From: an uncultured Spirochaetota bacterium
GTDB taxonomy: Bacteria; Spirochaetota; Spirochaetia; SZUA-6; Fen-1364
Direction: 5' to 3'
NCBI GenBank assembly: GCA_963781885.1
Contig: CAWAHW010000002.1
Location: forward strand, 384,001-448,000
Length of the DNA stretch: 64,000 nucleotides
How positions within the stretch are numbered: position 1 is the stretch's first letter; every line of letters begins with the position of its first letter. Both the position numbers and the translations under genes were made by a program. Positions 51,359-61,073 of the stretch are shown piece by piece. The notes beneath the pieces are model-generated. The model was not told the DNA's origin. It saw nothing but the letters and a program-made list of their open reading frames with translations, and searched no databases.

Positions 51359-54334
51359 TCAAGGCGCCGACGGCGCGCGGATGTATTGCGGTGCGCCCGC
51401 GGCCGGGTGCGCGAGACCGGCGCCCGCGAAGCTGTCGGTGGAGAATGCAACATAGGGTCGGATGTCCGTGGCCCAGTCGAACGGCGTCGCGAAGCGAGGA
51501 TCGAACCTGAGGCTTACGCCGGCCAGGACGGGCACATTGCTTTCCCCCAGGGACAGCACGAAGAGCACCTCGGCTCCCGTGTAGACATAGGGGTCGAAAA
51601 GCAGTGAACGTTGCGCGGGGCTCCAATCCGCGGCTGCCTCGACGTGCACGCCGGCTCCAATCGCCACGAGCCCGAGTGAGTAGACGAGCGGCGCATCCGT
51701 CAGCGCGATGGGAAACTGATAGTCGAGTGAAAGGAGCGTCCTGCCGGGCAGGGACTGGGTGACCGGATCGAAGTCCCCGCGTGGGTTGGTGACCTGGATG
51801 AACGCCTCTGAAAAAGTCGTGTAACTGGTTTTCATTCCTATCTTGATCACCTGGTGGGCAAAGGGCGAGGGAAATGCGACCGAGGCAAGGCCTTGCGCCA
51901 CGGCTCCCATTCCGGTGGCCGACAAACCCGCGGGATACAACACCGACGATCCGGAAACGACCAGCGCGTTCCGGGAGAAAAAGTCGGCGTCGCTTCCCGC
52001 GATGGATCGCGCATATGACAATCCCACGGCAAGACCAATGTCGTGAGCGATGCTGAGCGCGACGCCATCGGTCCCTATCGCGTGGAGACCGTTAAGAAAC
52101 GTGAAGGGCTGCGAGCCGCCGACAAGAACGGAATCCGTCACGCCGGTGCTTGCGATGAATTGCGTTGTGGTCCGGAACGCCACCTCGTTCACCAGCGGAA
52201 TCGAAAAGGCGAGCAGCTGTTGAAGCGTCTCCGTGGATTCTCCCGTGCCGGTTGTGGAGAACCCTTCCGCGAGCTGGTAAGAGACCTGGGTCCGCCCGAT
52301 GCTGGTCTCAAAGTCAAGCTGCGCCGCCGGCTGGAGCCAGTCGGTGCGGAAGCTGACAGAGCCGACTACCGAGCTCGATTCAAGGTTTGAAAGGGCGCCG
52401 AACAGAACGCCGGGGGCAAGGACGAGCCCATTCCCACCGACGCTGGAGAGGTAGATCGGAATTGGCGCCCAGTAAAGGAATCGAGGCAGGTCGAGATAAC
52501 CGCGCGCAGGCGGCATTGGGAGAAGCGCGGGGCGGGGAATGGACGGCCTTTCCTCTGCGGCGGGACTGGGCTCGGCGACCGCCTCTTTCTGGAACAGCGC
52601 GAATCCGGCGGATCGCCAGCTCGCATAGAGGATCTTCCCGTCGATTTCCTCGCCTGCCCAGGCGCCGACGGGATCGTCGCACAGGAGGGTTGGCTCTCCT
52701 TCCGCGCGGACCGCATAGAGGGCCAGATGAGAGCTCCCGTCCGAGGAAAAAGCAACCGTCTCGTTGTCGACAAACCAGGGGTAGTATTCTCGACCCGGTC
52801 CGCGCGAAAGAAGCGGCGTTGCCGCATCGACGTTCACATCTTCGATCGGCGAATCTGTCGCCGCCGTGCCGTCGGGCGGCAATGCAAGCAGCATGATGTC
52901 GTCTCGTCCTCCTGCCTGTACGACAAAAGCAATCCTCGTGCCGTCCGGTGAAAAGGCGGGTGTGCACAACGTGGCGTCGGCGCGGGCGTAAAGAACCGTC
53001 ACAGCGCCGGAATCCTGGTCCACCCTTACCAGCCGCGAATGATTGCCTTCCGCCTGCACCGCGATGAGCGTCGAGCCATCAGGAGAAAGACGGGGTTGCC
53101 ACAGGTGAGCGCCCTCGGTGATCCTTCGCACCGACCGTGTCATCGGGTCAAGCGAGAAAAGATCGGAGAGCAGCAACGGGCCGCTCTTCCCCGCCGTCTG
53201 CACGGTGGTGGCGAATACGATCTTCGATCCATCATGCGTCGCCGCGAGCGACGACGCGTCAGTGACCGGCGTGACAAGAAGGACACTTTCCTTGCCCGAC
53301 GAGGCGTCCCAGCGGACGATGGCTCCCGGCAGGCCTTGGGTGCGGCGGTAGAGATACCAGCCGGAAGTCGTCACGACGGGGAGAAAATAGTCGCCGTTCC
53401 CGGCAGGGCTCAGTTGGCGGCCCGGCGGTATCGCGGCGGATTGCCCGTACCGTTCCTCAAGGCCCTGGACCATTTGCGTGAAAAGCGCCTTTGCGTCCTG
53501 CCCCGTCACGCTGCGCACGGCGGCCCAGGGCCCGCGCAACGGAGAGGCAGCGAATGCCGCGTGGACCTTTTTCATCGCGTCCGGGCCGTATCGATCCAGG
53601 AGGAATTGCGCGAAGAGAAAGCCGCCAAGCCATACCCGATCGTAAGGGGGAAAGCTCGACCCGTAGGAGACCTTCCGCTGGGAAAAGAATGAATGCTCCA
53701 GCGCGAGGGCGCGGGGTTCCAGCTCGAAGAATGGGTTTCGGCCGCGTCCGCCATCGGTGAAAAGGGTCTCGGTCACCGTGGCGATCCCTTCCATCATGGC
53801 AGGTCCATATAGTAATCCGTCCGCTTCCCTGACGCCGGGACCGAAAAGACTCTCACCGACCCGCAGGATGCCTTTGTCGTCCTGGAAATTGAAGTAATGC
53901 GTGAGCTCATGGGCGAAGAGCAGGCGCAGATAGCTGGATGCCTCCAGGCCGATGAGCGGTTCCGACGGCGGGGCCAGATAGAGCACGATATGAGGCGGCG
54001 AGGCCGCCGTGTACCCATTGGCCTCATCGACTCGACCCCTGACGACGACCCAGATCTCCCGCGGCGCGGAGTCCATGAAGAGCGTCATGTCGGCATAGAC
54101 GTCTTCCGCGAACGACAACAGCTCGCGCACGGCCTCCTCGTCACGCTCCTCATAGACGAATACGAAATGGTCGGTCCGTACCTGGCTCCACCCGATGAAT
54201 CCGGGCTCTTGCCGATCGGGCCCTGCCCACACGGAAAAGCATGCAGAACAGAGCAGGCCAAATGTAAAGGAAAGGATGCATGCCCGGCCGCGAAACGCGC
54301 CACGAGCTTCCCGTCGCGCGTCAGAACGCTGCAT
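51359..54334 (-). CDS. Large envelope protein: HExxH zincin-like domain, TolB/PD40 beta-propeller, C-terminal beta-strand (barrel-like) region
   Basis: W...RTDHF...Y, ANG, AHELTH, downstream EGIAT; PRLSPDG and PAFSPDG repeats; amphipathic beta-strands at the C-terminus; start uncertain. Confidence 0.7.
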   Translation of the reverse strand: MQRSDARREARGAFRGRACILSFTFGLLCSACFSVWAGPDRQEPGFIGWSQVRTDHFVFVYEERDEEAVRELLSFAEDVYADMTLFMDSAPREIWVVVRGRVDEANGYTAASPPHIVLYLAPPSEPLIGLEASSYLRLLFAHELTHYFNFQDDKGILRVGESLFGPGVREADGLLYGPAMMEGIATVTETLFTDGGRGRNPFFELEPRALALEHSFFSQRKVSYGSSFPPYDRVWLGGFLFAQFLLDRYGPDAMKKVHAAFAASPLRGPWAAVRSVTGQDAKALFTQMVQGLEERYGQSAAIPPGRQLSPAGNGDYFLPVVTTSGWYLYRRTQGLPGAIVRWDASSGKESVLLVTPVTDASSLAATHDGSKIVFATTVQTAGKSGPLLLSDLFSLDPMTRSVRRITEGAHLWQPRLSPDGSTLIAVQAEGNHSRLVRVDQDSGAVTVLYARADATLCTPAFSPDGTRIAFVVQAGGRDDIMLLALPPDGTAATDSPIEDVNVDAATPLLSRGPGREYYPWFVDNETVAFSSDGSSHLALYAVRAEGEPTLLCDDPVGAWAGEEIDGKILYASWRSAGFALFQKEAVAEPSPAAEERPSIPRPALLPMPPARGYLDLPRFLYWAPIPIYLSSVGGNGLVLAPGVLFGALSNLESSSVVGSVSFRTDWLQPAAQLDFETSIGRTQVSYQLAEGFSTTGTGESTETLQQLLAFSIPLVNEVAFRTTTQFIASTGVTDSVLVGGSQPFTFLNGLHAIGTDGVALSIAHDIGLAVGLSYARSIAGSDADFFSRNALVVSGSSVLYPAGLSATGMGAVAQGLASVAFPSPFAHQVIKIGMKTSYTTFSEAFIQVTNPRGDFDPVTQSLPGRTLLSLDYQFPIALTDAPLVYSLGLVAIGAGVHVEAAADWSPAQRSLLFDPYVYTGAEVLFVLSLGESNVPVLAGVSLRFDPRFATPFDWATDIRPYVAFSTDSFAGAGLAHPAAGAPQYIRAPSAP

Positions 54335-55094
54335 AAACAAAAGCGAAATCGGGACTTTCCATGTGCTGGAGCGTGTCCACGGTGAGAAGGGGCACCGTGG
54401 ATCGACTGGTGGCATTCGGCCCTCTGAAGTCGATCGTGCCCAAAGTGCCTTTGACAAGGACCCAATCGTCGCGGGCGGGGAGCGTTCCTTCGGGCAGCCG
54501 GGTGATGAATCCAATGGTGCTCGCATCAGCCGCACAGCACCACATGAGCTCCCGCGCCGTGACGAAATCCCCTGCCGCCAGGCCCGGCGCATCGCGGTCG
54601 GTAAAACCGCTTACTGTTATCCTTCGACCCGCGTACTTTTGCGGGTCGTCGTAAATTGCATTATAGACGGCGTAATAATTGTCCTCGTCCAGCACGATGT
54701 CGCCCGTTGCCGGTATCCGAGCCGTCGCGCCAGCAGCGGGCGCCGCCGGGCGGGCAGCCGTTGATCCGCGCGAAAGGGAGAGCTGGCCGGTTGCCGCAAG
54801 GGTCGTGCTGGACGAGGTCAGGAAGAAAGGAACGGCAGCAAAAGGGAGCAGAAACAGGGCGACCGCCGGGCGCCCGCTCCGCACTTCGTCTCCGCGAAGC
54901 GCGCGCGCCAACTGGAAGCCAGCCAGGAAAAGCAGAAGGACAAATCCAATGATGACAAAGACCGTCATGCGGGGGTGCATGAGCTCGCGCAGGCGGCCGG
55001 AGAGAAGCAGGTACCCGAAGAGGCCGCCATACAAGACCAGAAGGAGCCCCCACAGAAGCTCCTGGCCCGAGATGCGTTGTCGTTCTTTGCGCAT
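54321..55094 (-). CDS. TIGR03943 / DUF1980 (YcgQ-like) membrane protein
   Basis: HPR after TM1, Y.G..I.V.GF, R..MWCCAADA, D.WV.V.G. Confidence 0.82.
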   Translation of the reverse strand: MRKERQRISGQELLWGLLLVLYGGLFGYLLLSGRLRELMHPRMTVFVIIGFVLLLFLAGFQLARALRGDEVRSGRPAVALFLLPFAAVPFFLTSSSTTLAATGQLSLSRGSTAARPAAPAAGATARIPATGDIVLDEDNYYAVYNAIYDDPQKYAGRRITVSGFTDRDAPGLAAGDFVTARELMWCCAADASTIGFITRLPEGTLPARDDWVLVKGTLGTIDFRGPNATSRSTVPLLTVDTLQHMESPDFAFVYAAF

Positions 55095-55107
55095 GTCCCT
55101 TTTTCCC

Positions 55108-56121
55108 TCACAGCGCCTTTGGAACAATAATCGCGCCGACAACAAATGTACACTCTGCAATCAAGCCGATGAGCAGCAGAATCAACCGCTTCTTGAAGGT
55201 GGAGGTCAACATGAGAGTGTTCTTCATGTCGATCATCGGGCCAAAAACAAGGAAAGCGACGATGGCACCGGGCGTGAACTGCGAAAGAAATCCCTGCGCG
55301 ATGAAGGCGTCCGCCTGAGAACAGACGGACAGGAAGTACGCGGCGGCGATCATCACGATGACCGATAGAAAACGGGTTTGCCCGATAGCCGCCAATGACG
55401 CGACTGGAACCACGATCTGCACGAAGGTGGAAAGAAGCACGCCGGCCAGGAAGTACCTGCCGATGACGAAGAAGTCCTCCGCCGCGTGTTCCGCAAGCGC
55501 CCGAATGGATAAGAAGGCGGAGGGTGTGGGACTGGCAGGCCCGTCTGCGCGGGGCGCAGCGACCAGGATGTCGGGTGTGACCCAATATCTGCCATCGAGG
55601 ATGGAGACGGCGAGCCCGATCACGACCGAAATGAGCAGACCGAACCCGATGCGATACACGATGAACAGCGGATGCTGATAGAAAGCGAACCAGGTGGAGA
55701 AAATCACAAGCGGATTTGCCATGGGAACGGCAAGCATGAACGTGACTGCCACGTGCAGGGGAACGCCCTTGGCGAGCAGACGACGGACAATCGGCACGGT
55801 CGCGCAATCGCAGACGGGAAGCGCGATACCCGCGACGCACGCCAGAAGCACGCCAAGAAGCCTGTTGCGGGGCACCAGCCGGGCCAGGGCATCCTCGGAG
55901 ACGTAGAGGTGGATCAACGCCGACAGGACGCTCCCCACCAGGAGGAACGGCAATGCCTCGACAGTAAGGCTCAAGGCGATGGTGGAGAATCTCTGGACCG
56001 AGGAAAGGTCGTGGCCCAGAAGAACGTCCTTGACGAAGAGGAGAAGTATCCCGCCGAAGGCTAGGGGGAAGAGCGTCAGCAGCCGAATGTCAAGTGTTCT
56101 CGGGCGTGGCAGGGATTTCAT
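55108..56121 (-). CDS. DUF318 / ArsP_1 (YcgR-like) permease
   Basis: EALPFLL.G, PVCDCATVP, P.ANP, SVCSQADAF, FLVFGPMID.KN. Confidence 0.85.
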   Translation of the reverse strand: MKSLPRPRTLDIRLLTLFPLAFGGILLLFVKDVLLGHDLSSVQRFSTIALSLTVEALPFLLVGSVLSALIHLYVSEDALARLVPRNRLLGVLLACVAGIALPVCDCATVPIVRRLLAKGVPLHVAVTFMLAVPMANPLVIFSTWFAFYQHPLFIVYRIGFGLLISVVIGLAVSILDGRYWVTPDILVAAPRADGPASPTPSAFLSIRALAEHAAEDFFVIGRYFLAGVLLSTFVQIVVPVASLAAIGQTRFLSVIVMIAAAYFLSVCSQADAFIAQGFLSQFTPGAIVAFLVFGPMIDMKNTLMLTSTFKKRLILLLIGLIAECTFVVGAIIVPKAL

Positions 56122-56173
56122 GCGCGCTACGTGTCAAAAGTATCGTGAAACAGATTGCGCGTCTACTTCACTT

Positions 56174-56263
56174 AAAGATACAATGTCTCATTGACGATCC
56201 GCTCCGCTTTGACTACTATTCTTTACAGATATCCCGTCTCATTTGCATTGAGACGAAGAATCG
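56174..56263. promoter_or_regulatory. Putative Zur/Fur boxes in the divergent promoter
   Basis: Three TGAGAC/GTCTCA half-sites: AGATACAATGTCTCA (~56175-56189), AGATATCCCGTCTCA (~56227-56241) and the palindrome CGTCTCA-N7-TGAGACG (56235-56255). Confidence 0.5.
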
Positions 56264-56285
56264 GTTATCTTTCAGGAGGGTAGCG

Positions 56286-57183
56286 ATGAATCATCGCATG
56301 TCGAACCATTCATGGCGCGGGGCGTTTTTCGCCGCGCTGTTTGCGTGTCTCATCCCGATCGCGTCGGCGGGCGCCGCCCCCATTGGGATCAACGTTGTCG
56401 CCGCTGAGAACTTTTACGGGAACATCGTGACGCAGCTGGGAGGCGTGAAGGTGAACGTCACGAGCATTCTCTCGGACCCCAACGTGGACCCGCACGAATA
56501 CGAGTCTAGCGTGGATGATGCGAGGGCCATTGCCGTGGCGGATCTCGTCATTGAAAACAGCGGGGGATACGACGATTGGATGGACAAGCTCCTATCGGCG
56601 TCCCCCAATGCGAAACGCGTCCTCCTCAAGGGATTTGATATCGCCCCGACGAAGCTGCCCGACAATGAGCATGTGTGGTACAACGTGGACAATGCCCAGG
56701 CGATCGCCCAAGCGGTGACCGACAGTCTGAGCAAGCTAGACCCCAGCGACAAAGCCGTCTTTGCCGGCAACCTCAAGACCTTTGGTGACTCCCTCTCGCG
56801 CGTGCGGCAGAGAATCACGCAGATCAAGCAGAAACGTCAGGGAACGCCCGTCGGCCTCACGGAAACGATCTTTCTCTACCAGGCGGTTCCGCTCGGACTG
56901 TCGGTCCTCACGCCGTTCGAGTTCCAGAAAGCCATTGCGGAGGGCAACGATCCTCCCGCCGATACCGTGGTGACCGCGGAGAACCAGGTGAAAGGCAAAC
57001 AGATCAAGGCCTTGATCTACAACGAGCAGACGATATCGCCTGTTACGACCAAGCTCCAGGACGAAGCAAAGGCGGCGGGCATACCGGTCGGTGCCGGTAA
57101 CCGAAACCATGCCGTCGGCCTTGAACTACCAGGACTGGATGCTGAGCCAGCTCACGGCGCTCGATCAGGCGCTGGGGAAATAG
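56286..57183 (+). CDS. znuA: Zn/Mn ABC transporter substrate-binding protein, frameshift at ~57090
   Basis: AAENFYG, DPHEYE, NEHVWY. Removing one G restores GIPVVPVTETMP..LNYQDWMLSQL..LDQALGK, ending at TAG 57181-57183. Confidence 0.85.
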
Positions 57184-57188
57184 GACGC

Positions 57189-57977
57189 ATGGGAAACGAG
57201 GCGCAGCCCGCTCTTTCAACCGTTGTCTCCCTTGAAGGAGTGCGGCTGAAACTTGGGGGCAAAACCATTCAGGACAACATGAGCTTCACGATCGGGGACG
57301 GCGAGTTCATCGCCGTCCTCGGTCCCAATGGCGCGGGCAAGAGCACCCTGCTGAAGGTCTTGCTCGGTCTCATCCGCCCGGAAACGGGCCAGGTGAGCGT
57401 GCTGGGGGGAGTGCCGGGAAAAGGAAATGCGCGCATCGGCTACGTGCCTCAGTTCCGGGCGATCGAATCAGACATGACACTTCGCGGCCGCGAAGTGGTC
57501 CGCTTCGGGCTGGACGGCCACCTGTGGGGCCCGGGATGGCCGAGCCGCGCCCGACGCGCGCGCATCGACCACGTGCTGCAGGAGGTGGACGCCGTTGAGC
57601 TGGCCGATCAGCCCATCGGACGTCTTTCGGGTGGGGAGCGGCAGAGGCTTCTCATCGCCCAAGCCCTCCTGACCGATCCGCGCCTGCTGCTTCTGGACGA
57701 GCCGCTCGCGAGTCTGGACATTTCGTGGGAGCAGGAAATTATTGCCCTGGTCAGGCGGATCTGCCGCTCACGGGGTGTCGCGGTGATGTTCGTCACGCAC
57801 GACATCAACCCCCTGCTCCCCTCCGTGGATCGTGTGCTGTATCTGGCGGGCGGCCATAGCGCAATCGGGACGCCGCAGGAGGTGATCACCCGGGAATGCC
57901 TCAGCGCGCTGTATGGGTCCCCCGTGGAGGTGGTGCAGGCGCTCGGCCGGATCTTCGTCGTCGGAGCGGAGATCTGA
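57189..57977 (+). CDS. znuC: Metal ABC transporter ATP-binding protein
   Basis: GPNGAGKST, IGYVPQ, LSGGERQR, LLDEP, VTHD. Confidence 0.88.
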   Translation: MGNEAQPALSTVVSLEGVRLKLGGKTIQDNMSFTIGDGEFIAVLGPNGAGKSTLLKVLLGLIRPETGQVSVLGGVPGKGNARIGYVPQFRAIESDMTLRGREVVRFGLDGHLWGPGWPSRARRARIDHVLQEVDAVELADQPIGRLSGGERQRLLIAQALLTDPRLLLLDEPLASLDISWEQEIIALVRRICRSRGVAVMFVTHDINPLLPSVDRVLYLAGGHSAIGTPQEVITRECLSALYGSPVEVVQALGRIFVVGAEI

Positions 57978-57978
57978 G

Positions 57979-58791
57979 ATGCTGGATGTCCTTCGGCTTC
58001 CTTTTATCGTCCATGCCGTCCTCACCGCATCATTCGCAGCGGTGGTCGCCGCGGTGAGCGGCTACTTCCTGGTTTCCCGCGGATTGACATTCGCCGGCCA
58101 CGCCCTGCCCAATATCGGCTTTGCCGGCGCCGCGGGCGCCGTGCTTCTTGGCATCGAGCCCGTCTATGGACTTTTCGCATTCACCATCGCCTCCGGGGTG
58201 GCGGTGGGCTTCATTGGGAAGGACATCCGCGAGCGAGATGTCTCCATTGGCGTCGTCATGACCTTCGCCCTCGGTCTGGGGCTTCTTTTCCTGGCGCTCT
58301 ATTCCGGCTATGCCGCGCGCGTGTATGGCATCCTCTTCGGGAACATCCTGGGAATAAGCTCCTCGGCGGTCGTGGTAACCGGCATTGCCAGCGGGGCCAT
58401 CCTTGTGGTGCTGGCATTTCTGTATCGGCCGCTTTTGTTCAGCACCTTCGATCCTCCCGCCGCCGAGGCCCGGGGGGTGCCCGTGAAGCTCCTCTCGGTC
58501 CTCTTCATGGCCGTCATTGCCGTGACGGTTTCCCTGTCCATCCAGGTGATGGGCGCCCTGCTCGTGTTCACTCTGCTCGTCGGGCCCGCTGCCGCCGCCA
58601 CGCGCCTGGTAAAGGGCCCGGTCGCGGCGATCCTCGTCTCGATCGGACTGGGGCTTGCCTATGTATGGCTCGGCATCCTGCTCGCCGCCGCAAGCGGTCG
58701 TTTGCCGGTGAGTTTTTTCATTGCCACGCTGTCCTTCCTGGTCTATCTCCCCGTCAGGCTGCTGTCGCCGATGGGTCGAGAGGCGGCGTAA
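57979..58791 (+). CDS. znuB: Metal ABC transporter permease (ABC-3)
   Basis: FAGHAL..IGFAGA, ILFG.ILG, RPLLFSTFDP..AEARGVP, GALLVF.L...PAA. Confidence 0.88.
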   Translation: MLDVLRLPFIVHAVLTASFAAVVAAVSGYFLVSRGLTFAGHALPNIGFAGAAGAVLLGIEPVYGLFAFTIASGVAVGFIGKDIRERDVSIGVVMTFALGLGLLFLALYSGYAARVYGILFGNILGISSSAVVVTGIASGAILVVLAFLYRPLLFSTFDPPAAEARGVPVKLLSVLFMAVIAVTVSLSIQVMGALLVFTLLVGPAAAATRLVKGPVAAILVSIGLGLAYVWLGILLAAASGRLPVSFFIATLSFLVYLPVRLLSPMGREAA

Positions 58792-59672
58792 TGCTCGACC
58801 TTCTGTCGTCGGACATTTTTCGAAACGCGCTCGTGGGAGGCACCGCTGCCGCGGCAATGGCCGGCGTTGTCGGCTATTTCCTCATCCTGCGCGTCCAGGC
58901 ATTCGCGGCGGAGGCCTTCATGGATATCTGTTTCGCCGGGGCAACCGGCGCGTCCCTGCTCGGCCAGTCTCCGCTGGTCGGGATGATCGCTTTCTCCCTG
59001 CTTTCGGCCCTGGGACTTGGCGCGCTCGGCGATCGCGCGCGGGGACGACACGTGGAGATCGGGATGGTGCTCAGCGTCGCCCTGGGTCTTGGCGTGCTGT
59101 TCCTCAGCCTCTACACGCGCAGCAGCGCGTCCCACTCGAATGCGGGGGTCTCGATCCTGTTCGGCTCCATCCTCAGCGTGCAACCCGCGGACCTCGTCCG
59201 CATGCTCGCCTGCGGCGCGGTGGCGCTCGTGGTCCTGGCGGCGATCTACAGGCCGCTGCTCTTTGCGTCGATCGACCCGGCGTCTGCTCGCGCACGCGGG
59301 GTCCCCGTTCGCGCACTGTCGGTTGTCTTCCTCATCGTGCTCGCGCTCGCGGCCGCGGCGTGCACATTTGTCGTGGGTGTGCTGCTTGCCTCCGCGCTAT
59401 TGATCGCTCCCGCCGCGGCGGCGATCGCGGTGACCGACCGGCCGCCGCGCGCGATCCTGCTCTCGCTCGGGCTCGGCATTCTCATCATGTGGGTCGGCCT
59501 GCTCGCGTCATTCATGGGCCCCTGGCGACACCCGCCGATCGGCTTTTCCATCTCCGCGCTCGCGGCCCTTGCGTACGCGGTGGCGACGATCGTGGGGCGG
59601 CGCGGGCGCGCGCGGCGGGTCCCGCCGGTCGACCTGGACCGGGAGGTGCGCAGCAACGGGAGTATCAGATGA
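58791..59672 (+). CDS. Second metal ABC transporter permease (ABC-3)
   Basis: Paralogue of the upstream permease (ILFGSILS, RPLLFASIDP..ARARGVP); TAATG coupling. Confidence 0.88.
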   Translation: MLDLLSSDIFRNALVGGTAAAAMAGVVGYFLILRVQAFAAEAFMDICFAGATGASLLGQSPLVGMIAFSLLSALGLGALGDRARGRHVEIGMVLSVALGLGVLFLSLYTRSSASHSNAGVSILFGSILSVQPADLVRMLACGAVALVVLAAIYRPLLFASIDPASARARGVPVRALSVVFLIVLALAAAACTFVVGVLLASALLIAPAAAAIAVTDRPPRAILLSLGLGILIMWVGLLASFMGPWRHPPIGFSISALAALAYAVATIVGRRGRARRVPPVDLDREVRSNGSIR

Positions 59673-59749
59673 GGACTTCTCCCGGGCCGAAAGCGCTGGG
59701 CAAATCAGCAAAAGTGGGTTATGATTCGGTTCTTCGTGGATATCGTCAG

Positions 59750-60187
59750 ATGGACGTCGAAAAAAGGATCACAACTGCATTCGAGGAGTTCAGCGAACGC
59801 AGCACGCAGCCGCGCCAGGAGATCGCGCGGATCCTGATTCGACTTGGCAGGTCGGGCGCCGTCTTCTCCGCGGAGGATCTCATCAAGAGGCTGCACAAGT
59901 CGCATCCCCACATCGGGCGCGCGACTGTCTATCGATCCATGGAAAAGCTCGTGCGGATGAAGGTGCTGGATCGTATCGATTTTGTCGATGGCACGCATTT
60001 CTTTCGTCTCTGTGGAAGCGACACTCATCATCACCATCTTGCATGCACGAAATGCCATCGCGTCGTCGAGCTGAACTTCTGCATGGACGACGAGCAGATT
60101 GCCGCGATTGCGCGGCAGCAGGGCTTTTCCATCCAGGACCACGCAATCACGCTTTTCGGGTTGTGCAAGGATTGCCGCGGCGGGTGA
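59750..60187 (+). CDS. zur: Fur family regulator, probably Zur
   Basis: T.PR..I, IGRATVYR, HHHHLACTKC, FGLCKDC; last gene of the Zn ABC operon; alternative start 59669. Confidence 0.82.
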   Translation: MDVEKRITTAFEEFSERSTQPRQEIARILIRLGRSGAVFSAEDLIKRLHKSHPHIGRATVYRSMEKLVRMKVLDRIDFVDGTHFFRLCGSDTHHHHLACTKCHRVVELNFCMDDEQIAAIARQQGFSIQDHAITLFGLCKDCRGG

Positions 60188-60338
60188 GATCCCGGGCGAA
60201 GTTCAGGGAATCCACGCCCCCTCGGTGCGCGCGCCTCTGAGCATCTCAAATACGGCCGCAATCCTTCCCCTATCTTCCACGGGAAGACACCGATTCGCCG
60301 TCGGCCGACCTGTCCCCATCCGATGAGTGCGATTCCAC

Positions 60339-60381
60339 TTGACGGGCGCCAAGGTGGTGAGTAATTTAGTCTTGCCTAAAT
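60339..60381 (+). promoter_or_regulatory. Promoter TTGACG-17 bp-TAATTT overlapped by DtxR/MntR box ATTTAGTCTTGCCTAAAT (60364-60381)
   Basis: Palindromic ATTTAG-N6-CTAAAT resembles DtxR/MntR/TroR operators and covers the -10 of mntR-mntH. Confidence 0.75.
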
Positions 60382-60401
60382 AATAGATTGGGGGCTTTAA
60401 A

Positions 60402-61073
60402 GTGCCAAGCGAAGCTGAAGAAAATTATCTGAAAGAGACCTATACCCTTCAGTTGGAGCACGATCAGGTCACCACCTCCATGCTTGCCGATCGCACCGGC
60501 CACGCAGCTCCAAGCGTGACCGGCATGATCAAGAAGCTCGCCGGTCGAAAACTGGTGAGCTACGAACCGTATCAGGGAGTCACTCTGACCAAGTTGGGGA
60601 GGGCTGCCGCCCTGGAGGTGATTCGACACCATCGGCTCCTTGAAACGTTTCTTACTCGAACCCTTGGCGTCCCATGGGACAGGGTTCACGAGGAAGCCGA
60701 GAAGCTGGAGCACGTGCTCTCGGAATACCTGGAAGGCCTCATCGATGAGTACCTAGGCCATCCCGCAATTGATCCTCATGGTTCTCCCATACCGGCCCTC
60801 GACGGTTCGATCAAAGAGCCCGACAGATTGCGTTTGTCCGATCTGCCTGCGGGAACCTCAGCGCAAGTTGTCGAGGTGAACGACCGGGAGCCTGCTTTGC
60901 TTGCGCGCCTCGATGAAATGCAACTTGGCGTGAATGCCAAATTCCAGGTTCTTGAGGTCGAACCTATTGATGGCCTCATCACCGTACTGGTGGAGGGCCG
61001 GAAACATGTGCTAGGGCAGACCACGGCCAGCCAAGTCATCGTGCGAAAGCTCAAGGGAGAACGAGATGTCTGA
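60402..61073 (+). CDS. mntR: DtxR/MntR family metal-dependent repressor with FeoA domain
   Basis: EENYLK, SVTGMIKKL, RHHRLLETFL, HEEAEKLEH, DPHGSPIP. Confidence 0.9.
   Translation: MPSEAEENYLKETYTLQLEHDQVTTSMLADRTGHAAPSVTGMIKKLAGRKLVSYEPYQGVTLTKLGRAAALEVIRHHRLLETFLTRTLGVPWDRVHEEAEKLEHVLSEYLEGLIDEYLGHPAIDPHGSPIPALDGSIKEPDRLRLSDLPAGTSAQVVEVNDREPALLARLDEMQLGVNAKFQVLEVEPIDGLITVLVEGRKHVLGQTTASQVIVRKLKGERDV

Noticed and set aside
56094-57977. 627-aa ORF that looks like a novel ZnuA-ZnuC (binding protein-ATPase) fusion
   Set aside because: One extra G near 57090 shifts znuA into the znuC frame. The proper ZnuA C-terminus and TAG (57181-57183) are in another frame, and a periplasmic-cytoplasmic fusion without a TM segment is implausible.
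58721-59749. 488-aa Fur protein with a long N-terminus
   Set aside because: The extension is an off-frame Arg/Pro-rich read of the second permease; the Fur domain begins near 59750.
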